From: a virus
Reading direction: 5' to 3' (one strand)
Length of the DNA: 64,000 nt
IMG/VR virus record: IMGVR_UViG_3300025413_001414
Location: 1-64,000 of that record
Below the pieces are notes generated by a model. The model was not told the DNA's origin. It searched no databases and was given only the letters and a program-made list of their open reading frames with translations. Positions within the stretch are counted from its first letter, which is position 1. Every line of letters starts with the position of its first letter. Below, one piece after another: positions 8,710 through 19,128 of this stretch. The position numbers were made by a program, and so were the translations under genes.

Positions 8710-10713
8710 ATGGCAAACGTTTTTCAGAAATTCCTAAACTGGTTCAAAACCGAAGAAAAAGAAATAGAACAAGTATTTGTAGGTAAAAGTAAAATTGGTA
8801 GAAAGTACACTTGGAAGCCAGACACACCTGACTTTAGAGATTTAAATTACACCGTAGCTAACACTAAGTTACCAAAGTCAGTAGACTTAACAAGTGGTAA
8901 TCCTAATGTGTATGATCAAGGTCAATTAGGTAGTTGTTTTTCAGGAGAAACAAAAATTCCTTTATTAAATGGTGAAGTAAAAACAATAGAAGAATTATAT
9001 AATGAAGGAGAAGAATTTTGGGTTTTTTCTTTGGATGAAAATGGATCATTAGTTGCAGGTAAAGCAAAATCAAATTTAACAGGAATAGATAAAGAGGTTA
9101 TAGAAGTCACATTAGATAATGGAAGTTCTATAATTTGCACACCAGATCACAAATTTATGATGAGGGATGGGACTTTTAAAAAAGTTAGCGAAATAGATTT
9201 TTCAGAATCATTAATGCCTAATAATTTAAAAATTCATTCTAGTGGATATTATCAATATTTTGATAATTTTACTAATAAATGGACATTTGTACATTCCTCT
9301 ATAAATAAGACATTTAATTCAGAATATAAAAAAATTGTCGAAAATAGAATAATCGATAAAGGAGATAGATTTTTAGTAACACATCATAAAAATTTTAATA
9401 AAATGGATAATACTCCCGAAAATCTAGAATGGATGGGTGAATTGGAACATCAATTATATCACAAAACTACATGGAATGGAACAGAGGCTCAGAGGGATCA
9501 TTCTAGAAAACTAATTAATAAAATGTATGAAAATAATCCAAATTGGAACGAAGGGGCATCTTCAATTGGTGGTAAAAAAACCTGGGAATTAGCCAAAAAT
9601 GATCCAGAAAGAATGGAAAAAATTAATAAGTGGAAAAAAGCTGGTCATTCTGATGAATCAAGAAAAAAAGCTAACATATCTCATAAAAAGAAATTCGAAG
9701 ATCCAGTTTTTATGAATAATTTTAAAAAAATTATGAAAAATAAAACTGATAAATATTTATCATTTGAGGAAAATAGAAATAAGTTATCAGAACTTGGTAG
9801 ACAAAATTTGGGAACAAATACAACTAAAAATATGATAATTAAATGGTCTAGAGAATTATTAGACGAAAAAAAAGAAATAAATGAGGAAAATTGGAATGAA
9901 CTCAAGAAAAAAAGTGAATTAAAAAATTTTTATAATTTTTCCACAATTAAAAAGTTCTTTAGTTCAATAGAAGAAGTAAATGAATTAGCATTAAATTATA
10001 ATCACAAAATTATCAATAAAAGAACTATTAATGAAAAAATTAATGTTTATTGTTTAGAAGTTGAAAAGTATCATAACTTTGCCTTAGAATCTGGTGTATT
10101 TGTGCATAATTGTACTGCTAACTCTCTTTCAGGTGCATTTGATTTTGAAAGAATTAAACAAAAATTAGCACCTATTGGACCATCAAGATTATTCATTTAT
10201 TACAATGAAAGATTAATGGAAGGTTCTGTTAATTCGGATTCCGGAGCTCAAATTAGAGATGGTATCAAAGTTCTTGCTTCTCAAGGAGTTTGTCCTGAAA
10301 CTGAATGGCCTTATAACACTGGTCAATTTAAAGTAAAACCAAATGATAAGTGTTATCAAGATGCTAAATCTAATACTATTAAACAATATCTTAGATTAGA
10401 TAATACAAACCTTACTTTATTGAAAACATGTTTATCCCAAGGATATACCTTTGTATTTGGATTTACAGTTTATGAATCATTTGAAGGTGAGGAAGTAGCA
10501 CAAACTGGTATAGTTCCAATGCCAAGTCCTAATGAACAATGTATGGGTGGTCACGCTGTTTATTGTATGGGATATGATGATAGTAAAAAAGCATTCAAAG
10601 TTAGAAATTCTTGGGGAACTGGCTGGGGTGACGGTGGTAATTTTTGGTTACCATATGAATATATGACCAATCCTAATTTAGCAAGTGATTTCTGGACAAT
10701 TAGATTAGTATAA
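8710..10713 (+). CDS. Papain-like C1 cysteine peptidase containing an intein
   Basis: DQGQLGS|CTAN after splicing; SRLFIYYNER, GGHAV, RNSWG..WGDGG. Confidence 0.92.
   Translation: MANVFQKFLNWFKTEEKEIEQVFVGKSKIGRKYTWKPDTPDFRDLNYTVANTKLPKSVDLTSGNPNVYDQGQLGSCFSGETKIPLLNGEVKTIEELYNEGEEFWVFSLDENGSLVAGKAKSNLTGIDKEVIEVTLDNGSSIICTPDHKFMMRDGTFKKVSEIDFSESLMPNNLKIHSSGYYQYFDNFTNKWTFVHSSINKTFNSEYKKIVENRIIDKGDRFLVTHHKNFNKMDNTPENLEWMGELEHQLYHKTTWNGTEAQRDHSRKLINKMYENNPNWNEGASSIGGKKTWELAKNDPERMEKINKWKKAGHSDESRKKANISHKKKFEDPVFMNNFKKIMKNKTDKYLSFEENRNKLSELGRQNLGTNTTKNMIIKWSRELLDEKKEINEENWNELKKKSELKNFYNFSTIKKFFSSIEEVNELALNYNHKIINKRTINEKINVYCLEVEKYHNFALESGVFVHNCTANSLSGAFDFERIKQKLAPIGPSRLFIYYNERLMEGSVNSDSGAQIRDGIKVLASQGVCPETEWPYNTGQFKVKPNDKCYQDAKSNTIKQYLRLDNTNLTLLKTCLSQGYTFVFGFTVYESFEGEEVAQTGIVPMPSPNEQCMGGHAVYCMGYDDSKKAFKVRNSWGTGWGDGGNFWLPYEYMTNPNLASDFWTIRLV
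8935..10110 (+). mobile_element. Intein (392 aa) with HNH endonuclease
   Basis: Starts CFSGET, block B CTPDHKF, HHKNFNKMDNTPENL (HNH), ends VYCLEV..HNF..GVFVHN|C. Confidence 0.93.
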
Positions 10714-10731
10714 TTATTGTTTTTTAATATT

Positions 10732-10762
10732 AAAGTCTATAAGAAATTATAGACTTTTTTTA
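10732..10762 (+). terminator. Intrinsic terminator
   Basis: AAAGTCTATAA-GAAA-TTATAGACTTTTTTT. Confidence 0.75.
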
Positions 10763-10763
10763 T

Positions 10764-11027
10764 ATTGAAAACCAAAGAAACACAGAAGTCTTTAGCTTCT
10801 GTGAATTTGGTAATTATTCACCAAATTCACTTAAAGGGAAGAGTCTATATTAAATATGTTAGGAAATTAAAAAAATTCTAGCATCGGCAGGGACTGTCGA
10901 TTACAGGCGTGGATCAAAAATAAGACCTGATTAGATAACTAATTAAAATTGGCACACTAACTGAAGGCAAAAGCAATGAAGCATCTAAAAAAGAAGAAGC
11001 TTGTCTCCCGAAACTTATCGGTCTTTA
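10764..11027 (+). mobile_element. Second non-autonomous IS200/IS605 copy with damaged right end
   Basis: Near-identical to 2313-2586, also preceded by TTTAT; diverges after GGTCTTTA. Confidence 0.85.
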
Positions 11028-11089
11028 TTAGAAATAAAAAGATAAGTGATATAACAAAAGGTTAATCCATTATTTTAATATATACCTTT

Positions 11090-11725
11090 ATGAAATGGAT
11101 TAAAGGATATAAAAGTTTTACAGAATCTATTAAATTCGATCTCTCAATTGTTAATATAGATATAAACGAATCTTTAAGTATTTGGTATGATGCTCTTTTG
11201 GATTCTATTGGGGCGGAAGAAGTTGATATCTTTGATACTTTCAAGCTTCCTAAAGACGACTACGTTGATAAATTAGACATAGAATATCTTTCTGATAATA
11301 TTGAATTCATTAATTCTCTATCTAGTATAGGATTAAAAAAAGCTTCGATGCAGAGCTCAGATGATTTTGAAACTTTTGTAAATAAACCCTGTAGATTTAT
11401 GTTTATTTACAATATAGAATCCAATGAACTAGAAAATCCAAATTATTTATTGATACAAAGTTGGAATGATACTTTGAAAAAATGGGATAATAGTAAACTC
11501 TATAAAGTTAATGATGATATCAACAAGTTCTACAATAAGTTAAGCTCTAAAATTATTGAAGTAGAAGATGATGGTGAGAAATACATATACAACACGTCCA
11601 ACAAAGGTAATGAATGGATTCTACAAAACTTAGATGCTGAAAATGATACTTTTAAAAAGTATTTAAGAAAAGAAGATTTTGAAGATCTTTTAAAACAAAG
11701 AAAAGTTAAAATTAGAGTTATTTAA
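11090..11725 (+). CDS. Hypothetical protein with N-terminal capsid-targeting-like motif
   Basis: MKWIKGYKSFTES; TAATATATA upstream. Confidence 0.7.
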   Translation: MKWIKGYKSFTESIKFDLSIVNIDINESLSIWYDALLDSIGAEEVDIFDTFKLPKDDYVDKLDIEYLSDNIEFINSLSSIGLKKASMQSSDDFETFVNKPCRFMFIYNIESNELENPNYLLIQSWNDTLKKWDNSKLYKVNDDINKFYNKLSSKIIEVEDDGEKYIYNTSNKGNEWILQNLDAENDTFKKYLRKEDFEDLLKQRKVKIRVI

Positions 11726-12023
11726 TGAAGCATTTAAAAAGATTTAACGAGTCATTTGATCCAGAAGATTATTTAGACTACCTTTATCTGAAGTTGAAGA
11801 GTCTAATATAATATCTAAATATCAAATAGATAAAGATTTTTATAAAAGATATTAAATGAGATAAACACCCTGTCTTAAAAGAGATACAGGGAATTGGATC
11901 TTATCAAGATAGAATAGGAGTAGTTGAATTTTGGCCACAACAAGAAGATGATGAACCTATCACAATTTCAGAAAGTGACAAGATATATCTACAATATACA
12001 CTATTTAAATATCTTGGAAAATA
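11725..12023 (+). pseudogene. Degenerate small gene with the N-terminal tag
   Basis: MKHLKRFNESFDPEDY... stops early, with coding-like fragments downstream. Confidence 0.45.
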
Positions 12024-12056
12024 AAAATATCCCACTTTTAGGTGGGATATTTTTAT
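12022..12056. terminator. Bidirectional terminator
   Basis: AAAAATATCCCAC-TTTTAG-GTGGGATATTTTT. Confidence 0.75.
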
Positions 12057-12073
12057 TTTATTAATCAGTTAAA

Positions 12074-12349
12074 TTAAACAGTCACATAGTAATCTAACCT
12101 ACCATTAGTCACAACTGTTGAATCAGGAATTGAAACAGTCGCTCCCCTTAAACATAATTGCTCACTTTTTACATTTGTTAAATGTAATTGGCCCTTTATA
12201 CGATTTTTTATATCTGATGCCTGAACATTTGTATCAGTTAATACATCAACCATAAAGGATTTTGTATTGATTACAGTTGGCCTTGATGCAGTAGGGCTGG
12301 TTGGTTGTAACCCCTCAACTTCTTTTGTTATTAATAATGAATATTTCAT
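12074..12349 (-). CDS. Hypothetical protein
   Basis: 91-aa ORF downstream of the large structural-like gene. Confidence 0.6.
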   Translation of the reverse strand: MKYSLLITKEVEGLQPTSPTASRPTVINTKSFMVDVLTDTNVQASDIKNRIKGQLHLTNVKSEQLCLRGATVSIPDSTVVTNGRLDYYVTV

Positions 12350-12376
12350 ATTTTTATTTTTATTTTTTCAGTTAAT

Positions 12377-14827
12377 TTAGTATTGATCCCACCAAAAAGC
12401 ATCATTTACTAGATAATTATATTGACTCGAAGTTGCACTGTAATGTGCAGTTGGTGTGATTAAATTATAAGTATATACACCATTATCAACAGTGCTTATA
12501 AAATACCTATCTCCTGATACAAAATAATCTTCGTAATTACTAGAATTGACACATACACTATTTACTAATCCATCTAGATTATATAAATTTATAGTCCAAT
12601 AATTATTATTGTTTGGATCTTGATAGAAAAATGCAGTATAATTAGTTCCCACACCAATATTATTGCTATCAGCAGGAGGTAACACAATATTACCACTAGT
12701 CGTCGTTGACGTTAAGATATTTATATTTACAGTATTATAACTACCAATCGAAGTTAGTGTATTTGGAGCTAACAATTGAGTAGTATATGATTCATACTCA
12801 TCATTATCATAAGCTCTAGCATAATAAAATACTGGAAGTGACGAAAAAGTAGCATAATTAATACCACTTTTCGCTGTATTATTGTTAAATATAAAGTTTT
12901 CTTGATACAAATATGCTACATAAATCGGTTGACCATTCGAGTGTGATAATCCAAAATGTAAATCTAACTCTCCTGTTAATTGATTATATGAACCAGTGCC
13001 ACCATAATTACTTGTTAGTGAGTTCTGAATAAATTCTGAACCAGTTGGAGATATTGAAATTGAATAATCATATGATTGGAACCCTTCATTACTACCACCA
13101 GTTAATCCAGCAAAGAACCCGTATATAGTTGGTTGAACCCCACCGTAAGTAATCGGTGGAATAAAATGTAAATTATAATTTAATGTATTGGAAGTAGTTC
13201 CAACTCGAAATTCACCATATGCACCGCCGACTTCTGACCAAGTTCTAACATATAATAAATCATAGTAAGGTCTAAAGTTAGCATATTCTGTATCATGTGT
13301 ATCATAATTGGCAATAAAATTACCATTAGCATCATAAATTTTATATCTTTGTAATACTTCAGGATAACTTCCAAGTCTATATTCAATCATTCTCCACTGT
13401 CCAAATGGCTGATATGAAAGATTATCTAAATCAGAAATATTAACATCATCTATATTTATGCTGAAAGTTGAACCATCAGCTTTAATACCTAAAACAGATA
13501 ACTTACCATCTCCATTATCAACAAAGTTAAAAATAGAATTGCTTGTTGGGAAGTTATATAAAGACCCCCTCTCATATCTAGTTCCATAGTCATTTCCCAT
13601 TAACATTATGCTAGCTGTACTTCCATTAGTAAAGTTATAAGTATTGAAATTGTGATCATCAAACTTAGTGATAATATCCAATTTTGTAAGTGTAGTATCT
13701 ATAAGACCTGAATTATTAGTTCCATTACCTAAATAAATTACAACAGATTCCGGATCATATGCTGGTGAACTCGCACCAGCGTAATAAGGATAAAAATCTT
13801 GTGCTACAATCAAACTATTATAATAATCTGGATTATACTCATGTTGTGTAGATGTAAGTTTTATTCCATCAAAATTATAAAAATAATAACTACTATTATC
13901 TGAGTTATACATCGATATCAATATTTTACCAGTTCCATACATATACCAATCACGAGCTGTTATTTCAAGTGATGTTAAATCTTGAGTTACCACTAATACA
14001 CCATCTGAGTTAAAAAAGTTTATAGATTCATAACGTGAGGTATCGTTATTATATGTAGATGTATATACCCAATTACCTGTATAATATATTTCATAATCTT
14101 GTAAAACCACTACAGAAGTATTACTTATATTGTGTATCTCAACATCATTTTTCCCTTTAATAACCCTCCAAGATACATAATCGATATATGAAACACTAAT
14201 TAAAATAGCATTTTCAGTAGTAACACCGTCCCAATTCCATTCAAATGATAGACTAGTTGCTCCTGAATACTTAAGAGTATAAATATTATCTCCATCAAAA
14301 TATGTAATTCCAAATCCATCAGTAGTCGGATATGTATAATATATGATTCTACCATCAACTCCTTGTTTATCATCATAATTAGAAATAAGTAGAGTATCTA
14401 CAAGGGTTCCATTTGCTTGAATGAATAAAGCCGCATAACTATTATTATTAGAATTCTGAAATAAAATATTAAAACCTTTATTTGTAATTACATAATAGTC
14501 AATATAAGACCAGTCAGAAATACTTAATTTAGTGTCTAAAGCTCCTGTCATAGTACCATTGATATCCATAACAAAGTATTCCCAATTAGTCACACCCTGA
14601 CCCCAGAATACTAAATCTTGGCCTGTAGATTCCGGATAGGTTGGGCTTCTTCTAGTTCCACTTCCACCACCGGCTCCTGCTGCTGAGGATGCCGCTGCTG
14701 GTGCAAGTGCGGCTTCATACATCATATTTGATTGATGTAGAAAATATTGTCTAGCCTGCTCTTGAGGTGATAAATTTTTGTATCTTGGTAGGTTTTTAAA
14801 TCTTTCCCAATTTTGTCTATTCCACAT
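12377..14827 (-). CDS. Large beta-rich virion/tail-fibre-like protein
   Basis: 816 aa, N/S/T/Y/G-rich, Ala/Gly linker after a short N-terminal helix. Confidence 0.55.
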   Translation of the reverse strand: MWNRQNWERFKNLPRYKNLSPQEQARQYFLHQSNMMYEAALAPAAASSAAGAGGGSGTRRSPTYPESTGQDLVFWGQGVTNWEYFVMDINGTMTGALDTKLSISDWSYIDYYVITNKGFNILFQNSNNNSYAALFIQANGTLVDTLLISNYDDKQGVDGRIIYYTYPTTDGFGITYFDGDNIYTLKYSGATSLSFEWNWDGVTTENAILISVSYIDYVSWRVIKGKNDVEIHNISNTSVVVLQDYEIYYTGNWVYTSTYNNDTSRYESINFFNSDGVLVVTQDLTSLEITARDWYMYGTGKILISMYNSDNSSYYFYNFDGIKLTSTQHEYNPDYYNSLIVAQDFYPYYAGASSPAYDPESVVIYLGNGTNNSGLIDTTLTKLDIITKFDDHNFNTYNFTNGSTASIMLMGNDYGTRYERGSLYNFPTSNSIFNFVDNGDGKLSVLGIKADGSTFSINIDDVNISDLDNLSYQPFGQWRMIEYRLGSYPEVLQRYKIYDANGNFIANYDTHDTEYANFRPYYDLLYVRTWSEVGGAYGEFRVGTTSNTLNYNLHFIPPITYGGVQPTIYGFFAGLTGGSNEGFQSYDYSISISPTGSEFIQNSLTSNYGGTGSYNQLTGELDLHFGLSHSNGQPIYVAYLYQENFIFNNNTAKSGINYATFSSLPVFYYARAYDNDEYESYTTQLLAPNTLTSIGSYNTVNINILTSTTTSGNIVLPPADSNNIGVGTNYTAFFYQDPNNNNYWTINLYNLDGLVNSVCVNSSNYEDYFVSGDRYFISTVDNGVYTYNLITPTAHYSATSSQYNYLVNDAFWWDQY

Positions 14828-14866
14828 TTTGATTGTTTATTTTTTGCTATATATTAAAATTTCACT

Positions 14867-15490
14867 TTAAAATATTTGGTTTTTAATAAAATTTAAAATC
14901 ATTTGGTCTTTATTACACATTTCATTGTACCACATCCAGACATAGTTACTTTCTATGAATAATGTACCATCTCTATAAGCTTGTATATTCTTTTTAAGAA
15001 GTTCTATATCTGAAGATTCTATATCATATTCAATAGAAAGTTCCTGACATATTTTATAAATACCAATTATATCATTTGAAGAATAAAATTTAGACGCTTC
15101 CACGTAAAGGTTATTTAATCTTTTATTAATAATCTTATCAGTATGTGTTACCTTTGCTATTTCTCGGTACAATTTTTTAATTTTATTTGTTCTATTATCC
15201 TCGATATTATTATCTTCCTCATCGAGGTTCTCAATTTCGGTTCTAGAAGAATCATCTTCTTCATCAGATATTTCTTTTGATTGTGTGTCAATATATGATT
15301 TTAATTTTATGTCGAATTTTTCATTATAAATTGATTTTAATTCTGAATTTTTATTTAATATTTTATCTACGTCTTTTAAAAATTCAGAGTCGGCTTCTCT
15401 AATCAATTCTGATTTATATTCATAATCTGCTTTAACAAATTCATACTCCTTGAGTAATTTATTAATCTCAAGTTTTTTTATATCTAACAT
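14867..15490 (-). CDS. J-domain-like protein (HPD replaced by HTD)
   Basis: IKKLYREIAKVTHTDK resembles DnaJ helix II and the HPD loop. Confidence 0.6.
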   Translation of the reverse strand: MLDIKKLEINKLLKEYEFVKADYEYKSELIREADSEFLKDVDKILNKNSELKSIYNEKFDIKLKSYIDTQSKEISDEEDDSSRTEIENLDEEDNNIEDNRTNKIKKLYREIAKVTHTDKIINKRLNNLYVEASKFYSSNDIIGIYKICQELSIEYDIESSDIELLKKNIQAYRDGTLFIESNYVWMWYNEMCNKDQMILNFIKNQIF

Positions 15491-15546
15491 AAATCTATAT
15501 ATAAAGAAGAATCTTTTTTGAGTCTAATAATTTTATATATACTTTT

Positions 15547-16278
15547 ATGAAACTACATCAATTAACAATCGAAGAATTGGTAGAATTAAGAACTAAAATG
15601 ATTCTTGAAAAAAAATCTACTAAAGAAATTAACCCAATCATTGAGAAAAAGGAAAAAGAATATTCTGATTCATTAATGGAAGATGGTGGAGGTGGTGGCG
15701 GAACTGCTGCTACTGGTGGTCCTGGTGGAGCAGTTGCTAGTGCTTCTGTAGGTTTTGGCGGTGGTGGAGTTGCTATGGGCAATGCAGCTCATGGTGGTAT
15801 GGGTAATGTAACAGCTGCTCAACCATCTACAATGCCAGGTGCTACTATCGGAAGTGCTTGGTCTGGACATGGTGGTACTATTGGCTCAGGTGATGTAGCA
15901 AATCCTTTTCCAGGTGGCGGAAATGTTTATCAAAAATCTCCAGCTATGGATATGGGTAAATCTCATGGTGCTAGAACTGGTAAAAAGAAAAGAGTTAAAA
16001 AATTAGATTTAAAAGCTCTTAAAAATACATTTGCAACAAAACAAGATTTTACTCAAGGATCTGAACATAAATCTAAAATCATGAACTTTAATGATTTTCA
16101 AAAACAAGGAGTAAATAAAGTAACAAAAGTTAAAGAATCTTTAGATAGTGAATATTTAGGTGATTGTGAAAAGTGCGATACTAAAATTTATAGAGAAGAT
16201 TGTTATTCAGGTGAATATCAATGTCCTAATTGCGATCATGCTGGGAAAATATATGAATTAAGAAATTTTAAACCATAA
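15547..16278 (+). CDS. Gly-rich protein with C-terminal Zn ribbon
   Basis: Gly/Ala-rich core; CEKC...CPNC. Confidence 0.65.
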   Translation: MKLHQLTIEELVELRTKMILEKKSTKEINPIIEKKEKEYSDSLMEDGGGGGGTAATGGPGGAVASASVGFGGGGVAMGNAAHGGMGNVTAAQPSTMPGATIGSAWSGHGGTIGSGDVANPFPGGGNVYQKSPAMDMGKSHGARTGKKKRVKKLDLKALKNTFATKQDFTQGSEHKSKIMNFNDFQKQGVNKVTKVKESLDSEYLGDCEKCDTKIYREDCYSGEYQCPNCDHAGKIYELRNFKP

Positions 16279-16279
16279 G

Positions 16280-17686
16280 ATGATTAAAAAATATTTAGAA
16301 TTTTTAAAAGAGGCTAAAGAAGAAAAAAGCTATTACAAACCAACTAATTTAATACAAGAGTTGTGTGTTGGTATGCTTTTAATTAATAACAGTTTCTTAG
16401 ATAATATCTTAGATAAAGGATTAAAAGCTAGATATTCAGAAAATTCACAAGTGTTTTTAACAGATTTAAAAAATCTTTTATTTGCTAAAAATAGATTACA
16501 CTTAGGCAAATTTATAGGTAATGAATGTGTATCTGAAGACGAGCCATCAAAAGTAAATGGTTTATTTGAATCAGTTTCGTTTAATATAGAAGACGATTGG
16601 AATAAACTAGTTAATGCTAGATTAATTGCCAGAAATATTATTGATAAGTTGTTACCAGATGAAAAAGTTACTGAAGACAGAGTTAAACATGTTTTTTGGA
16701 TAGGTCCTAACAAAGATGAAGATCACCAAGAAGACATGGTTGTTGAACTTTCAGATGGTAGACAATATTCTTTTTATTTAAATAAGAACTTATCTTCTTC
16801 TAAAACTGCAAGTTTTAACACATTTGCTGATGATTTAATTGGTAATGAAATTGATAAATTATATGGTCCTGAATATATTGCAAAATGGAATAAACTAGTT
16901 CAACAATGGGTTAGGACTATTTATGATAATGCTAATAAGAATGTTCAAGTACATATCGAAAAATTTATTGATGAAGATAGAATTGATTCTTTAGATTGGT
17001 TTAGATATTTTGAAATTCAACACAGAGACCCAAGATACAAACATCTTGGTGAATATATCAAAGAATTTGATAAAAACATTTTATATTTTTCTGATTTGAT
17101 GTCTGAAATTTGGAAACATCGTGATATGTGTTTCATGGATGTTGAGAGGGTTTATAATGAATGGGAAGAAACTAAAATATTTATTTTAAATTCTAAGATA
17201 TTAGAACATTTATTAACTGAATCATTGACTAAGAATAATATAGATGATATTAAGAAATTAGATGATGGGTTCAAATTAGCAGAAGGCACTGTTAAGATGA
17301 AATTGGTTAAGACTATTGTTGAAAAAATGGGATGCTCTGAAAGATATACTTATTATTTAGGTAATAATGGTAATATATTTAATCAAATTCCTTCTAGAGA
17401 TTTCTTTAGAAGCATCTATAACGATTTAACAGTTAAGTTTGACTATCATGTTAAATTCTTAGTAGAAGAGGAAGAGGAAAATAATGATTTTAATATTAAA
17501 ATATCGGTCTTGTTGGATAATGATGTATTAATTAAGTTTAATATACTGGTTAAATTTGCTGGTGGTGACATTAGTTCCAAGCTAAGCGCTAAATATTTTT
17601 TTCATCTTAGTGATGACTTTAACTATAGGGTATCAAACATAGAAAAGTCTGAATCAGAAAATGAATTATCTACCCAGAAAACCTAG
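16280..17686 (+). CDS. Hypothetical protein with N-terminal tag
   Basis: 468 aa; MIKKYLEFLKE. Confidence 0.7.
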   Translation: MIKKYLEFLKEAKEEKSYYKPTNLIQELCVGMLLINNSFLDNILDKGLKARYSENSQVFLTDLKNLLFAKNRLHLGKFIGNECVSEDEPSKVNGLFESVSFNIEDDWNKLVNARLIARNIIDKLLPDEKVTEDRVKHVFWIGPNKDEDHQEDMVVELSDGRQYSFYLNKNLSSSKTASFNTFADDLIGNEIDKLYGPEYIAKWNKLVQQWVRTIYDNANKNVQVHIEKFIDEDRIDSLDWFRYFEIQHRDPRYKHLGEYIKEFDKNILYFSDLMSEIWKHRDMCFMDVERVYNEWEETKIFILNSKILEHLLTESLTKNNIDDIKKLDDGFKLAEGTVKMKLVKTIVEKMGCSERYTYYLGNNGNIFNQIPSRDFFRSIYNDLTVKFDYHVKFLVEEEEENNDFNIKISVLLDNDVLIKFNILVKFAGGDISSKLSAKYFFHLSDDFNYRVSNIEKSESENELSTQKT

Positions 17687-18524
17687 CTCCCTTTGATATA
17701 TTTTCAAAGGCCCATAACGGTTGAAAATTATTAAAATTATTTAAGTTATAAACTTCCTCTTCTGTTTTTGCCCAACTACTAGGGATTATGTGATCTAAAT
17801 GCCACTCACCATAGTTTTCCCAACACATTCCGTCTATAAATTTATTTTCAATAAAAATGATAAATTCCTTGATTCCACAACCTAATATTTCCTCTGTTCT
17901 TCTGTTTTTATTACATCCATAATTTCTTATGGATGACCTGATTAGAGATTGTAAATTCATTCTTAATTTAAATAATGGATCATTATCTCTTTTATTTTTT
18001 GCCCAATTTCTATGGTATTTACGATGGATTTGAATATTTTCCCTGTATAATTCTCTACTTCTCTCACTTACCTTCTCTTTATTATTTTGATAATAGTTTC
18101 TTTTTTTATTATATTCTATATAATACTCCTTACGTTTATCCTTATTATTTTTCCTATATAATTCTAATTTTTCTCTATTGTTATTACACCATATTTTACT
18201 TCTTTCATTATTTTTTATTCTATCTCTATCTTTATTTTTTTGATAATTTAATATTGAGTGACATTTTTTACAAACTGATAATTTCTTATAAAAGTCGCTA
18301 ACCTCCTTTTCTGTATTGCAATTTTTACAAATTTTATTTGACATCTGTAAATTGCGACATTTCACAGAACATGAATAGATATTATTTTGTTTTTTAATAT
18401 TCTTAATGTATTCCTTATACATCATTTCTTTATGTGTATCACAATAATCACATTTTATCTTAATCTTAATATGACTTCCTGAGCTTAAGTGTTCTACATT
18501 AACTAGTATTGTATTACCGGACAA
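17670..18524 (-). CDS. HNH-type homing endonuclease
   Basis: WENYGEWHLDHIIP...FQPLWAFENISKG; N-terminal Zn ribbons. Confidence 0.8.
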   Translation of the reverse strand: MSGNTILVNVEHLSSGSHIKIKIKCDYCDTHKEMMYKEYIKNIKKQNNIYSCSVKCRNLQMSNKICKNCNTEKEVSDFYKKLSVCKKCHSILNYQKNKDRDRIKNNERSKIWCNNNREKLELYRKNNKDKRKEYYIEYNKKRNYYQNNKEKVSERSRELYRENIQIHRKYHRNWAKNKRDNDPLFKLRMNLQSLIRSSIRNYGCNKNRRTEEILGCGIKEFIIFIENKFIDGMCWENYGEWHLDHIIPSSWAKTEEEVYNLNNFNNFQPLWAFENISKGARFSG

Positions 18525-19099
18525 ACAATCATATCCGAGTTTTCTATAGTGACTTCTGGACTATGGGTAACCCAACTGATATTTCTTTATCAGAATTTAA
18601 TAAATCATGGTTTGCAGTTTGGTGGAATAATAAGTATGGAATAGGAATAGCCCAAAGTGATCCTACCGTTACACAACCACAAGCTTGGAGAATACCTCTT
18701 GTTTATCAATTTCAACAATCAATATTATCACCACAAGTTTGGTCTGACACATGGCATCATATAGCCATCGTAAGAGATCCAACATCACCAGGATATAATG
18801 AGGATCCGAATGTTCCAACTCTTTGGAGATGTTATATTGATGGTCAGCTTATTACAGTTGCTCATGATCCTTATAATTTTAATGGATTATATGGAGTCCA
18901 AAACAATTCAATATTACCAACTACTGGAAAAATTGTAATAGGTAAAGATCCTTCAAATGGGTATATTGAAGGTAATGGCAGATTTAATATTTTAGGTGGA
19001 CCTGGACAAATGTATTATGATGGTTATATAAGCGAATTAAGAGTTAGTGATATAGCAAGATACACAGATAGCTTCACACCACCTACGAATCCTTTTTAA
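18509..19099 (+). CDS. LamG/concanavalin-like domain protein, probably 5'-truncated
   Basis: WHHIAIVR, YIDG, GYISELRVS..ARY...FTPP..PF; no good start and overlaps the HNH gene. Confidence 0.65.
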   Translation: MYYRTNNHIRVFYSDFWTMGNPTDISLSEFNKSWFAVWWNNKYGIGIAQSDPTVTQPQAWRIPLVYQFQQSILSPQVWSDTWHHIAIVRDPTSPGYNEDPNVPTLWRCYIDGQLITVAHDPYNFNGLYGVQNNSILPTTGKIVIGKDPSNGYIEGNGRFNILGGPGQMYYDGYISELRVSDIARYTDSFTPPTNPF

Positions 19100-19128
19100 C
19101 AGAAAAAGATTGTAGTAATATATAACTA

